Of a stretch of 64,000 nt of DNA, positions 25,614 to 39,081 are shown piece after piece. The stretch is from contig NMRA01000247.1 in NCBI GenBank assembly GCA_002633005.1, positions 524,851 to 588,850 on the forward strand, read 5' to 3'. The number at the start of each line of letters is the position of its first letter. The first letter of the stretch is position 1. The position numbers were made by a program, and so were the translations under genes. This DNA is from Phoronis australis. Lineage: Eukaryota > Animalia > Phoronida. The notes below the pieces were generated by a model, which ran no database searches, was not told where the DNA came from, and worked only from the letters and a program-made list of their open reading frames with translations.

Positions 25614-27020
25614 GCACATGCACCTTTAATAATTAGCCCTCGACGATGTGCTATGATGAAAGGTTTCCAATGCTCTCCAATGTGGATGCCCGCCAGGTAC
25701 TTCCGGAACAGCTCCAATCATGTCAAATCTCACAGAAATTTAAGTAAGATAGCAGTTGTATACCTTTCTCTTTATTTATACTATCGACCGTCTAGGGCTA
25801 ATAAACTAATCAAAGTTGCCTGAGGCTGTGCTGTCTAGTAACACTCCAGACACATTTGCTTGATTTTTTGCAACACCTCATTTTCAAGTCTGAGATATCA
25901 GTCTTACTATTTCCTGAGCTGATTTACAGTTTAAGCTTTTGCCCTCAGGCTGTCACAGTCAGTTAAAACCACAGGCACTTTTGACAGCCGCTTGACATGA
26001 TACCAAACAGAAGAGTGAATGTACACTTAGGATAGGGCGCCGCCATCTTTTTTGAGCAGTACCACCTGGCGATGAAAACACTACAGCGACACCTGTGTGG
26101 TAATTTACCACACAAGTCACCGTCACATGCGGATATCAGCCGGACTGATTCAATCACTGTGCATTCCGTGAAATCAATTTTCCATGTGCAAAACGCAAAT
26201 CAAAAATCAGATTTTTGTTCATTATCCTATTCCGAGTATGCAAAAAGAAAAATCGAAAGCACTGTGTACAAACAACCCAACAAAATTTAGTAAATTAATT
26301 TTGTGTTCACTCTGCCCGCGTATTTTTATCATTTTTTGGTTTATTAAATCACATTGCATACCAATGAAAAGCCCAGTCATTCTGCTTTCCAACGATACGA
26401 CACATTCCGTCAATAGATGAAATAATTAGTAAGTTTGCTGCCAAAGAGGTCTTGGTCTCAAAGTGAATATTAGAAATTCAGTTGGAGCTAAATTCGAGTT
26501 TGGGGGGTATTCAGCTTTTTCAATAGAAGTTCCAGTGCTGGTTCCATAGAAATAAAAACTTACGACAATTTGGCATAATTTGAGAAAACCTGGAAAATCA
26601 CAAAATTTTGGCTGAGGTAAATTTTGACAATGAGGCTTTACTAAGGGTATGAAATAGTAAAGGAAAAAGTAATTTTGAAAAATCCTTAAAAGGTTTTGGC
26701 GTGAATTTCAGTACATTCAATATTCCCATGTATTCCTATGGGAGAATGGCTAACGTGTCTGTCATTTCAAAAGGCTTTTATTAAAAGCGGTACCAAACTA
26801 TTTAGAGCAGCCTATTTTCCTACACCAAACCAAGATGAAACGAAAGAATCGTCAAAACCGTGGGAGCTTTTATAAGTTTCTGTGAAATACCACCCAATAC
26901 GTATTATTTTACCAATTATATGAAGCTCTCCTGCATTGTAGGTAATACGCAGTTCACCCAAGACGTCATTCGCGTCTGTGACATCAAAAACATTGCACCT
27001 AATGCCTGCGCTACGTCATC

Positions 27021-27282
27021 AGCGCGCACCCAGGGGGGTGGGGGGGGGGCTCCAACGAGCCCCCCATTTGCCGAAGTGGGCAAAAAAGTCTACCCCCGAG
27101 AGACAAAAAGTCCGAGAAAATGGAACAAAAGCCCACTAAAGAAGCGCAAACGCGCAATTCACTGTGGTGCTCCCGTTTCCTTTTTTTTTTTTTTTAACTC
27201 CGCCCTCTCTCTTTTGTTAGCAAGAGGTCCACAACGTCGGGAATTTGAGCCCCCCCATATTGAAGGCTGGGTGCGCGCATGG
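27021..27282. mobile_element. About 260-bp MITE (GCGCGCACCCAG...CTGGGTGCGCGCATG)
   Basis: Terminal inverted repeat; a second family member lies at 29538-29807. Confidence 0.7.
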
Positions 27283-27974
27283 TCATGAGTTTGATTCAAT
27301 TTCCGCTGGTGTGCAAAAGTGTGCTAGTAAAATGTTCGTATCATTATTCAAGCTCGTAAATCCAAAAACCAGCGTTTTCTTAGTTCTTTGCTCAGCGCTG
27401 TCACGTCGGACCGTGTTTTGGACTCCCGAAACGATACGATACGGTAAATAATATACAAATTAAGCAGTTTCTAAGCCTGAACAGAGATGCCATGGTTTAA
27501 AAAACTCGGCCTTTACAACCTAAGTTTTCAAAATAAAGACAACATTGAAAACCCTTTTGTAGATTTGCATACTTGGAAAAAGACGATCGTTTTGTGGAGA
27601 TTCGACCGGAACTCCCAAAATTCACCACAGTTTAGAGAAAAATTATCGGAAAGGCAGCCGGAGGGACACATAATGAACCTTTCAGTGAGGGGAGGAATGG
27701 GTTGTGAAAATTACGGTAAAGTCGCGCGATTTTCGGACACTCAAAATTAATTCCAATAGAAAAAAACATTCTTGGACGAATCTCGCGAAACATCATTTTT
27801 GTAGTGTCCGAATTTGGCGAACCTCCAAATTTGGTTTTCCGCTCGTGTCCGAATTTCGTGGGTGTACATTATTACGATGAGCGGTCATAGTATCAACATT
27901 ACTGGCTCGGTCATTTGATAGCAGTATAAGTGCTGGTCAATGGGTCTCAACGGTATGCGCGATTAATTTTTGAA

Positions 27975-28460
27975 AAAACTAGCTTTCCCAATAAGAAATT
28001 TGCGTTGTCGGCGCACAAAGAACGTTCAGTCCCGACATGTATTGGTTCTTCTTTTCAAAAATGCGCTTTCTCAATATGAAATATTCGGCTTGCATTACCT
28101 GTCGCGTGCCGGTACTCAAAAATTTTTCTTGTCAAGTGGCGGATTTTTTTCAGTAATGCGCTATCTCATTTGAAATATCGGGCTGCGATGTGAAAAAAGA
28201 GTGTTCCTGGTGATAAATATGGGCTTTCCAATGAGTGGGTCTGGTTAGCGTTGTTGACGCACATGAAACGTCCCATTCAACTGATTCTTTTATGTAAAAA
28301 TGCGTTTTCTCAATAAAAAATGTCGAGTTTGGTTGTCAACGCACAAAGACCACTCCAATAAGTGCTTTTTTCAATGTGGTTTTCCAATAAAAGGCTGGAC
28401 TTGCGTATTCGACACACAAAGAGGGTTCCTGACCGTCAAAACATGCGCTTTCTCAATTTT
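27975..28460. repeat. Degenerate tandem repeat, about 65-95 bp spacing, about 7 units
   Basis: Recurrent ATGCGCTTTCTCAAT-like and GTTGTCAACGCACAAAGA-like motifs. Confidence 0.55.
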
Positions 28461-29537
28461 AACGAATTTTGCGATAAAGGTAACAACAATGGATGTGGGA
28501 CGAGTGCAATGAAGAAAGTGATGGACAATGACGAGAACAGAGTATATATTTATATTTACATTTCTTAAACGCATCCGTGGGTCTGCTATAGTTACAAACC
28601 GAAACGCACGTTCACTCTGACACCTTTATTTCCATATTAACTGAAAGCTCACGTCGAATGATTGCAAAGACAATCATGATAGTGAAATGAGTAGTTTCTC
28701 ATCCACTCGTGATCTCGATTCATCGCTTAGGTAGTTATCTGAATTGTTGAAAAAGTGCATCTTACTAGTATACTCGGGACCACTGTCGTTTTACATATTT
28801 AGGCCTACTGCAAAAGATGGGAATGTGTCGACTCGTACAGTGCTGCGCGGCTGAAGACACTATTAGCTAACATATTGTATATAGAAGGGCGTGGTCTAGA
28901 CAGCGAATGCAATTTCAAATGCTACCAACACCAAATTCACCCAACCGTTCTTTACAAGTAAAACCTTTCTCATCCAAAGCCTTTGAAACGCCCAATGTTA
29001 ACTTAGTGATACACTGACGCGTCTTCATGCAACTTAGGTGACCCAACACATCTGGGTTCGATTTTAATGACAGGCTTAACTGCTGACAGTGAAAACTCTT
29101 GTGAAATCTGTTTGTGGATGAAATGAAACTGATAATCGTTAACATTTTCTGATAATCTGGGTGGAAGATAACAGGGCCGCTTCTTCTGATCGTCACCAGT
29201 TTAACGCCGTCCACGGTCGTCACCAATTTCACACAGCTCTCCCTCAGTCACCTGCTGCACACCAATGTCGATTTTGTGCCACTAATTCTACGAGTGTCGT
29301 CTAGGTGCACACCCCTCTGCTAAGACCGTGGTTGCGCACGTTGGAACAATAGGTTCTTCGACTTGAAGAAAAACGAAAACATTGGGACAGCGTGAACTCA
29401 TGAAATACGTAAATCAGGCAATTCCAAGAACCGCTCCACTATTTTCTACTTAATTTTCCACTTCTTTCTTAATATATACTTAACCAATTACAATCCTTTT
29501 CATTTCATTGCGTCATATATTCGCTACAGTTAATTAC

Positions 29538-29807
29538 CATGGGCGCACTCGGGGGGAGGGGCTCGGGGGCACGAACGAGAACCCCAAATTGGCGGATTTG
29601 GCAAAAAGGTCCGCCTCAGTGAAACAAAAAGTCCGAGCAAAAGAGACAAAAGCCCACAAAACCCACGGGAAGTCGGCGCGGATGCACGGTTAGTGGGACT
29701 GATTATAGTGACCCCGTTTTTTTAGTCCTCGTTGATTTCCTTCAGTAAAAGGTATGCATATCGAAAAATTCGAACCCTCCATACATTTTAGGCTGGGTGC
29801 GCGCATG
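29538..29807. mobile_element. About 270-bp MITE, same family as 27021-27282
   Basis: CATGGGCGCAC...CTGGGTGCGCGCATG termini; shared internal GGCAAAAA, ACAAAAAGTCCGAG, ACAAAAGCCCAC. Confidence 0.7.
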
Positions 29808-32019
29808 GTTACGGACAATAGTTCTTCCTACTGGTCTTTGCTGATGGACGTCACACACTTCTGCTAAAATTTAAAGTATGAACAACCGCGAGTTTACTGA
29901 AGTCTTATTGTAAGTACAGAAATGTTGAAGAATAACAGTGACTATCTGAAGAGGGGAATACATAACAAAATAAAATATGGAAACACCAAACAAAAATCAA
30001 AACAACACTTACCTGTTGTAATAACGCCTTAAACGCGAACGTACTGAGCGACTTGCATAAACGGAATGTTAGTTGAACATGTTAGTTGAACAAAACTGTC
30101 TCAATGAAATTTTCATGGTTTACAGGTTTAAGAAGATCCACCGTAGATTTCCGTATATAAGCCCAGCAGAATATATGCCCAGTTTGCGTATCTTCAATTT
30201 TTCCCAAAAATATACCTGGGATGCATATCTGAGAATAAAAAAGCATGTTTGAAATATATTTAGGGCGAGCTACAGTATTTATACTATGTTCGTGTATTCG
30301 ATATTGCCGAGTATAGGACTTGGTGTATTTTTATATCCGACTTTTGGTTTCCGAACTTATATACGGAAAGCGCTGGTAATACTTCCCAAAATTATTTACC
30401 CTTGCTGCAGGTAACGCGTCACCTCGTGTAAAAATAGAAGAATAATAATTAGCAATGTAACGGTCATCTCTTTCGAATCAAACACAATTAAATACACTTA
30501 CAGCTGAAATGCTAATAAAACTATCTTAGGTAACATATTCTGTAGTTTAAAGTCATATGATCCGTTTGTAGACGTTTTAAAAACATCGTGAATCTGCATA
30601 AAAACCATTGAAACATACTCTCTGACACTTAATTAGAACTTTTCGTAAGTATGGGGTCGATCTGCTGCCTGTACATATTTTTTCTTTTNGCCTTCGGACG
30701 TAACACTTCATAGATCTACCTCTCCCCGCCATTTGTAAAAATTCTGTTGACCTCTAGATCTGTGGCTGCGCATGCGTTGTTGTAATGTTTATAATCTGTT
30801 TAGCGGTCGGGATACTAAATTCTTTGTAAACATTTCATTCGTTTGTAGTATTTACAACGATTTTTTTTCAAACTTTTTGCACAAGTTGAAAGTTAATAAC
30901 TTTTTGAACTCCATGTCACATCAAAAAACCGGCTTAAACGGCGTTAAGAGGTTTTTTCTTCTATAACTCGGACCATAGGCCTTTAAGATCACGTTTTTTT
31001 TTTGTCTCAAAACTATCAACTGAAGGCGGTGACTTGGACAAGAAGACAACAAGGTCATGTGAAAAGTAGATATGGAACTCCTGGTCGGAAACACCTATCA
31101 GGTTCCAGGCCCGTTGCATCGGACTGCAGGTCCAGTATTCTTGTTAGCCTAGGATCACAAGAAGCAACGACTACCAAATCTGACTTAACTGACTTGTCAT
31201 TTCTCGAAATTGGTGGAGATTTTCTTAGTCGCCGCAGACAGAGAGTGTCACAGGGTACCAGTGTCTTTGTCTGGATTTATCTTAATGTTGGGACACCATG
31301 GAGTCCAGGGTGTTGTACCTCAGACGGTACAAGGCGCGAATTAACAAGACCACATGTACACAGACCAGTGGATGAGCAAGCAAGATTGGGCCACCGCAAT
31401 TTCAGTCTTTCTTAGGTCTACATAGTGGTAAAGCTCGTAACGCTAGGACGTCGCTAAAAAGCAAGAATTCATGAGATTAGTGATATATTGTCTTGTATTT
31501 TAATTGAAAACGCGTGATTTTGGTTAGATTTTTCTAGTCCCAAGAAAGCTACTGAACTCTACTAGCCTGCGTCGAGGGGCTCAAGGGTGAGAATCTCACG
31601 AGTACGCAAGACTGAAGACTTCGAGAGGTATGGTCAGGTATTGCAAGCGAAGCACACGACCACACTAGCTTCCTTTGCGAGATTCTTTCATCTGTGATGC
31701 ACATCGGCGAGAGCAACAGGGAATTTGTGGTTACGTGGATGTACCGTAGTTTTTGATATGTGTTAGTACAGAGCAAAGCATTTTGCGGGCGAATGGGCAT
31801 AAGACGGGTGCAATATCTCTGTAACAATTGGGTGTGCGCGGCCCGTCGTTTGTGTTGGGCTGTGTACTGCTTAACACGCAACGGCGTTTTTACGCGAATG
31901 AGCATTGCCAAGAAGACAATTACGAAGTGGCACTGAAAAACGAAAGACGTTTGAACTGCATACAGATTTTTACTGAAAAATTTTCGTTTCAACCCAAAAA
32001 TTGCATTGTCAAATGCACT

Positions 32020-32340
32020 GAATTCCTGTTTTGTGATGCTGTTGGCGTCAGGTTTTCTGAGGCTGTGTCCAACCAACCTCCACCGCTTTATCCGAGTCTC
32101 TACACTTTCATGCCGGTCCTCCGCCAGACCTTTTCATTTGTGATTTTATTCGACTATGTTATCCGTAGGATTTGTCGCAGACATCTATTTACGAAGACCT
32201 GGACTCTGTTCGACAATGTTTTCGTAAGTCTCCACGTCTCTGAAGCGTAAAGAAGAACAGCACAATAGAGTTGAAGATTCTTAACCTTTACTTGAGTGAG
32301 TAGGTCTTTTGAGCGCCATACAGGCATTACCATAGCACCG
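32020..32340 (-). mobile_element. RTE-clade LINE fragment (region C-terminal to RT), frameshifted
   Basis: Minus-strand reading across frameshifts: PVWRSKDL...LRIFNSIV...LLYASETWRLTKTLSNRVQVFVNRCLRQILRI...ITNEKVWRRTG...RWRLVGHSLRKPD. Confidence 0.8.
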
Positions 32341-33648
32341 TGTCTGACAAGTTATGGGTTTCAACCCACGATTTTTGCCTCAAACGAAGTTTTGATTTCG
32401 GTAGGCCACTTCCTGTTCTTCCTGATCTGGGCACATAACATAGGGGTTGTCGAAAATATTTTTAACGGGGTCCGCCGTTGGGAATTTAGGAGACCAACCC
32501 TAAAGAGTTGCCAAGATGAAACCCTGACGCCAGTTTAAAGGTGACGGGTGGTTCCGAGAAAAATGTCATATTACACTTTCGGACAACGCGCGAAACGTAA
32601 CGTGCCTTTTGACGGAGGTTTTAAAGCTTACAAAGCGTTTTTCGAATAAAATGTGAATAACCTCTCCTTTTAATCTAAAAAACTGAAAATCCTTTCTGAA
32701 AGATGCTGTGGCCAATATGCGCCCCTTTTGCTCCATCTTAAAATGTAAATATTTCGCACTAAACTTATAAGAAAAGAGTGTTTTGCGGGAAAATTCGGTG
32801 CAAAACTTTCAGCTATCTGATTGACGCGTCCGTGTGTACTACCTATATGTATGCCCATCACACACGGATATCACAATCCTGGGGCGCGACAATGGAATTA
32901 TTTTAAAACCTGAAATTTAAACAAAATTGAATCTTTTGCCCACGAGTCGAAAGTTTTCATCTATCATAAAATAGCTGAATAGAGATGCACCTTCTGTTTA
33001 ATAGGGAGAGATCTAAACTCATGGTCCAGTATCCAAGCACCCAATATACACTACCCTGTAGGCTTCTAATGACCTAGTAGATCACCTGACAAAGTTCCAA
33101 GCATTTTCGGAATATTGATGACATTTAAATACTTACTTTAAAGCAGTCCAAAATTTATTACTACAATAACACCTTTCAACATTTCTTGACACAGTGACAT
33201 CCATGAGTTGACACAGTTCAAGAACTACAACACATCTAGAGAGTGCATAAAATTTGACTCTACACTCAGGCAAACTATGATACAAATTCCTTATCCTCAT
33301 TCAAGATAAAAACTTGAAGCAACCTCAACAAACAGGAAAGCAAAGTGCTGTATTAGGGAATGTAAAGTGATATAAATATGTAAAACCTCAAGCAAAATTC
33401 TGGAATTCCTATCACAAATTTAACAAAACTGCCATGATTTCAGTTTAGTAAAACCCTTAAGCACAACAATGAAAAGATAAAACAAACTGGAGGTGATTTC
33501 AGAGGTTTTGTAGTTATTGCCTTTAAGCCAACTTGTAGAGCTTGGTCTTTTACAAGCTGGGGTTGTTACCATGTATCATTTGATGCCCCAGTATGTATAT
33601 CAGTTGGACTTGTCAAGTTGCATCATTTGATACCCTAGCATGGTTAAG

Positions 33649-34712
33649 AAACAAGAGCAACGCAGAGCGTTGAAATGCGCCCACAATTGCACCGCATACG
33701 GTATCCTTCTAGGGTTGTTTATTGGTACCATAAAGTGGCCAGTAGAGGGCATATATGTAGTATGTTGTACTTTGCAGAATGAAAAGGCATGGTCATTATC
33801 TCCTCAATAGGCTAGGGGCAAAATGTGAGTGATCTTCATGATACAAGCACATCCTATACATCAGTTGCTTAAAGCACCACAGAAACATAGAATTAAAAAC
33901 AAATTTACCAACATACGAGATTAGCACAGCATTAGAATGCCAGAAACAAATTTCTACTTGGAACTTTTCCTTCATAGTCACGAAGTAACACAAAGTATAC
34001 ACCTGAAGACCTATGAAAATACAGAGGTCAATGTAAAATACTAAAATTGCCACTAGAGGCATACCGGTAGTCAGAATCATCCTAAAGTCGTCATCGTCCG
34101 TTGTCAACATCACATAAATACACTTGCTAAATTTAGTAAAGATCCTGCAAACGGTTTGGGAGATACAGCCATGGGCGCAAAAAAAAAAAACTGCCACTAG
34201 GAGGCGCCACAGTAGTCGAAATCGTCTGAAAATCATTGTCAGCTGTCTTCCTTATAGTAAGCACATACACGCCAATTTTCACAATCATCCTTTGAGCGGT
34301 TTGGTTGATAGAGGGGTGGACGCAAAAATACAGACTCGAAAACAGTAAAAATGGCCACTAGGTGGCGCAAACTACGTCGAATCCATCTGAAAACAGTAGG
34401 ATAGCGTCATCTCACTAATAGGTGCCTACATACCAAATTTCATGAAAATCCGTTCAATACTTTTGAAGATACAAAGGTAAGCGTAAAAAACTAAAATTGC
34501 CACTAGGGGGCACACCGGTAGTCGGATCCGTCCGAAAGTTCGCACATGCCGTCCCATTCATGAATGGAACATATGTGCCAAATTTCATGAACGTATGTCA
34601 AAGGGTTTTGGAGATAGAGCAGCGGACGCCGGACGCCGCCCGGACGGACGGACTGACGGACGGACGGAGATGACGGCATAATGCGTCCACATATAAATAT
34701 GTGGGCGCATAA
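33649..34712 (-). mobile_element. Helentron-associated non-autonomous element (HINE/DINE-1-like), complete copy
   Basis: Minus-strand order: subTIR ATGCGCCCACA, nearby inverted copy TGTGGACGCAT, (CCGT)n microsatellite (34624-34668), about 150-bp central repeats, second subTIR (33675-33685), hairpin CAACGC-TCT-GCGTTG, end CTCTTGTTT. T-rich flanks. Confidence 0.8.
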
Positions 34713-35499
34713 TAACAAAATGAAAGTTCTTTGTAAATTCACAAATCCTATCTGAGTAAGGAACATACAGGTTGTGTACATAACATATCACACAAGAACT
34801 AATCAAGGTCCATCAAAAAGTACAACTCTAGGAATACAATTCATTTGGTATAAAAAATCTCTAGTTTAAGACCTCTAAAGTATAGGACATCCAGGTTCAA
34901 GATGAAATTGAATTTCAAATTTCTTGATGCAAAGAGTAACTATGAACATGGGGTAATAGCACTTAATAAAACTCCAAAAATAGCAGTCAATGCAACATTT
35001 CAAGAGTCTGCATGGTTTGTAACATGAAAATGAATAATTGTTTGTTATTGGCCATAACTCTTGAAATTGGTACAGCCAATATTACACACTTCACAAATTT
35101 GGTACAAGCTTTCACCTTGAGCAAAATGTTTACTTTTTCAGAACCATCAACCTGAAGAATTTTAGTGAAGTTCAATTTCTAAATGACCTCATTACATACC
35201 CACCACACAGATTAACTAACACTGAGACTCACACATGTAAAGATACTAATGTTTCAAGAATATTATGCAACCAGAGCATGTTGCATTAAAGAGATTACTC
35301 CTTGAACAAAACATGTTAAGGATTGTACAGAGAAACAACATTACTAAAAACATTGCTAAAAACTATGACTAACAAAATGATAATTGTCAGATGTATCACA
35401 TACACTTATATTGAGCAATACACAAAACCATACCTGTGTCCATCCAAGCAGCAAAAACTCAAGGTATCATTAACACTGCAGTAGAAGATAATCACTTAC

Positions 35500-35905
35500 T
35501 TAGAAACAGTGTAAATTGGACGCAGACGTTTCGGTCTGGTCCGCCAGGCCTTCATCGATGACTGAAGAGTTTCCCGCCTTTCGCTGATTAAGTATCTGAT
35601 TGCTGATATTTATGGATTCTTTGAACTAGCAAGCATAACAATTCTGTTCTTTGGCTAAGATCTTAGATTATTTAAGGGAGATGGAATGTCCAGTCACCAA
35701 TACGTGTTCCCCCACAATGTGGGTCTGTCTAATTTCTGGTGTTCTTTGAATCTCGGGTTAGGAACGGTCTCTTGGTTTATCCAAAGTAGGTGTGGTTGGG
35801 ATTCTGGTCACATTTCAGCTGGTAAATGACTCCACATTGTTTTGCCATTGGGGTTGGGTCTTTGGGTCTGACTAGTAAGGATCGAAGAGTGTAGATGGGT
35901 TTCAT
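35500..35905 (-). mobile_element. Penelope-like element 3' fragment: GIY-YIG endonuclease remnant and degenerate hammerhead-like motif
   Basis: LLVRPKDPTPMAKQCGVIYQLKCDQNPNHTYFG*TKRP...FKEHQKLDRP...GEHVLVTGHSI, followed by TCGATGAAGGCCTGG-CGGA-CCAGACCGAAACGTC. Confidence 0.75.
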
Positions 35906-35909
35906 ATAT

Positions 35910-36345
35910 GATATCCTGCAGAAGGTTTAGGAGATACAGCCATGGGTCCAAAACAAAACAGTCACTAGGAGGCGCCACAGCAGTCAAAGTTATCGGAAAA
36001 TCCTCATCAGATGTCCTGATCAAAGTAAGAACAAACATGCAAATTTTACAATCATCCTTAGCGCAGTTTGGTTCATAGAGGGGCTGACACCAAAAATCAA
36101 GACTTGAAAACAGTAAGAAGAGCAACGCACGCATTGAAATGCACCCACAAATGCACCGCAAAGTGTGCTTCTAAAGGTGTTTATTTGGAACATAAAAATG
36201 GCCACTAGATGGCGCAAAATATGTCTAATCCATCTGAAAACTGGTATATGGCATCAAAGCTATTTACCAAGTTTCATAAAAATTCATCAAGGAACTTCTG
36301 AGAAACCGAGGAAAACAAAAAATGAAATTGCTATAGGTGCAAAAC
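35910..36345 (-). mobile_element. HINE-family fragments (central repeats and a terminal hairpin end at about 36117)
   Basis: AAGAGCAACGCACGCATTGAAATGCACCCACA end motif and TTTAGGAGATACAGCCATGGG / CACTAG(G/A)(A/T)GGCGC repeat units. A further fragment lies at about 37550-37820. Confidence 0.7.
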
Positions 36346-36346
36346 C

Positions 36347-37320
36347 ATGATTCAACATTATGACTTTGGCGGTTGTAAAATGACAGGCGTTTTCTCTTTT
36401 GTAAAGGCAATTAAGATAACATCATTGGATTGTCCACTATTTGGGAACTGTTTCTACAAACATGCTGCTTCTCAAACTGAGAGCCCTTTTTGGAAGGAAC
36501 TATTTCTGTTTGATATTTCTAGTATAGTAGACCAGGAGGAAATATATCAACCAATTTGGTACAACACTAATGTTATGATTGGTGGAGAAACTGTGTTTTG
36601 GAGAAGACCGTTTGAAATGGGTGTTTATTATATCTCAGACCAACTAGATGAGCATGGATATTTGTTATCTTTTGATGATTTTTGCAAAAAGTTCAATTTT
36701 AGACCAATGTTCTTGAATTTTTATGGGCTCAAAGAGGCTGTTTGTCAAAAATGGAAAATCTCAAATTAGTTTTCCTTCTACGCACCCTTTATTCCAATTT
36801 TTGTGAAATTATTACTTGCAGACAAAAAGGGTACAAAACATATATACAACACTTTTGTGCTAAACAAATATTCTAGGCCTAGGTCTGAGATGAGGTGGCA
36901 GGCAGAACTTGCTATACCAGATACTAGTGAATGGTGGAAAAATGTCTACTTTGTGAATTTTTGACACTTGATATGAAACTTTGATGGTTTCAATTTAGAC
37001 TGTCACATAGAATTATCAGCTGTAACTCTTATCTTGTCAAAATTGGGGTCAGTAACTCCCCCTTGTGTATGTTTTGTAAGAGTGAAACTGAGACTTTGCA
37101 CAACAGATGTAGAAGCCAACGAACTCAAAATTTAATCTTGTCTTTGCAACTTCCATTTATATAAGCAACTCTCAATGGTAAACCTCCAAATTTAATTATA
37201 TCGACAAAAGAAACTGAACTTTATTACTTAATATGTGAAAAATACATTTATTCAAAAATTTAGAAATAGAAAAGTTTACAAACAGAAGGTCACAAAAGCA
37301 TAATCTAGTAACACTGTAAG
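36347..37320 (+). mobile_element. L1/Tx1-clade LINE 3' fragment with zf-RVT remnant
   Basis: SPFWKE...QPIWYNTNVMIGG...GVYYISDQLDEHGYLLSFDDF, then WFQFRLSHRIISCNSYLVKIGVSNSPLCMFCKSETETLH. Contains stops and frameshifts. Confidence 0.8.
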
Positions 37321-38800
37321 GATATTTCATCACTCCAAAATACTCTTTCCCGTTTTCGGAGGCATATACTTGTGAACTGTCTTGTATGTTTTTTATGCGT
37401 ATTTCTAAAATCCAGTTTAAGTATACTGGTTGCTTTGATAAACATTATTTCTTTCAATGAATTGTAAAGTAAGGCAAGGGAATCCCAGACCCTTGTCCTT
37501 GCTTATGTTGAACTGGGAGATTAAAAAAAAAATAAAAAAGAGGCTAGAGGCGAAAAAAAAAAAACTGCCACTAAGAGGCGCCACAGTAGATAAAGTCGCC
37601 GGAAAATCACTGTCAGACTTCCTCTTCACATTAGGAATATACATGCCAATTTCCACAAGCATCCTTAGAGTGGTTTGGTTGACAGGGGCAGACACCAAAT
37701 AACAAGACTTGAAAACAGTACAAATGGCCAATAGGTGGCGCAAAATACCACAGATCAAACCAAAGTCAACTCACTAATATATACCTATCTGCCAAATTTT
37801 ATGAAAATTCGTTGAGGACCTAAAGTTGAAAGAATTGTTCTGATACCCCTCGACCCACAACCCCCTCAAGCCCGACTAGATCTGAACATAAAACAAGCAC
37901 TCGCAGAACCAATGAGTTGGGCCATGAGCTCGGGTGGCTTTTCCTTGTTTTTTTTTTGTAATTAGGAGAGTCCATTCGGCAAGTTTGAAAGTCAAAAACA
38001 GAAAAAACAATGTGACCAAATTAACTCAAAAGACCTACCAATGTTACAAATGTCGTTCCCAGCAGAGTGTAATCGTCTCGTCTGCTCTTCAGTGAATGAC
38101 AGATTCAACGTTTTTTCTGGAGAGTGCCAGGAACCGACAAAACTGTAATTTCATCAGTAAATACAGTTTGTATTCAGCTAATGAAATGGAAGGGCAATTA
38201 ATCCCTACCACTAATTTTCTCAACAGTCGTGGCTGTTATTACACCCAAATTGGTTTTTTCACAAGGTTACAGCCTGAAACGCTGAAAGAACGGTTTTCAG
38301 TGATATGGTACATTTTACATATTGCAAAATAACTTAAAATGACAACTTGGGTTCATTTTGACAAACGGCTACTTCCAAACAATCGTTGGATATAAATGTT
38401 TCATACTGATTTTCGTCACTTTCTTTTGTTTCTTGCCTGGTTGCTATCTTTAGATTTTATTTTTAAGCCTGAAGTGCCAAAACAGTAGCAGATTTTGTTC
38501 GTCAGTAAAACTTAGAAGCCAGCTCTCACCCACCGTCCCACCTCAGTCATCTAGTGCTTGAAATTTCTCATTGATTTTGAAGGTGGCCTTAGTCTTTACA
38601 ACACATATGCATTTCATCCACAGCTGACTACTGTCATTTTGCACATTCTGGAGAATATCACAGTTTTCCAGTAGCGTGTTACTCCTTGAATAAAATAGTT
38701 CGACATGACTGTCTTAAAAGCGTTTTACTCCTCGAATAAAATAGTTCGACACGACTGTCTTAAAAGCTACTGACATCGAATTATGTCACTGGGTGTTGTT

Positions 38801-38929
38801 TTTATTTGTTGTTAATGTAACTTTATTGATGTTGATGTTGATGGTAGCAGCTGTTGATAGTGTTGGTAGTGATATGATGGTCTCTGAGGTCGTTCTTTGC
38901 ATCGCAAAAGATGATGTAAGCATTGTATT
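38801..38929 (-). other. Probable terminal exon (3' UTR or alternative C-terminus) of the TNFR-like gene
   Basis: Acceptor CTTCTCCTTAG at 38930, a phase-1 reading EYNAYIIFCDAKNDLRDHHITTNTINSCYHQHQHQ*, and two minus-strand AATAAA at 38822-38827 and 38801-38806. Confidence 0.4.
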
Positions 38930-39081
38930 CTAAGGAGAAGTTATCTTCATCATGACTTATAATAAACTTCCTTATTCAGTTAATTGATTTCAGCACAATT
39001 TGCATGGCTCCGCCAAAGTGCTTTCATTTTTGAAATTTACACAGTTTTACGTTGAATAACAAAAGGTACCTACCTGAAGAA

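Noticed and set aside
27975-28460. CRISPR-like repeat-spacer array
   Set aside because: Repeats are degenerate, linkers resemble each other, there are no cas genes, and the context is eukaryotic.
31002-31415. 137-aa ORF
   Set aside because: Non-ATG start, no domain similarity recognised and no convincing splice sites.
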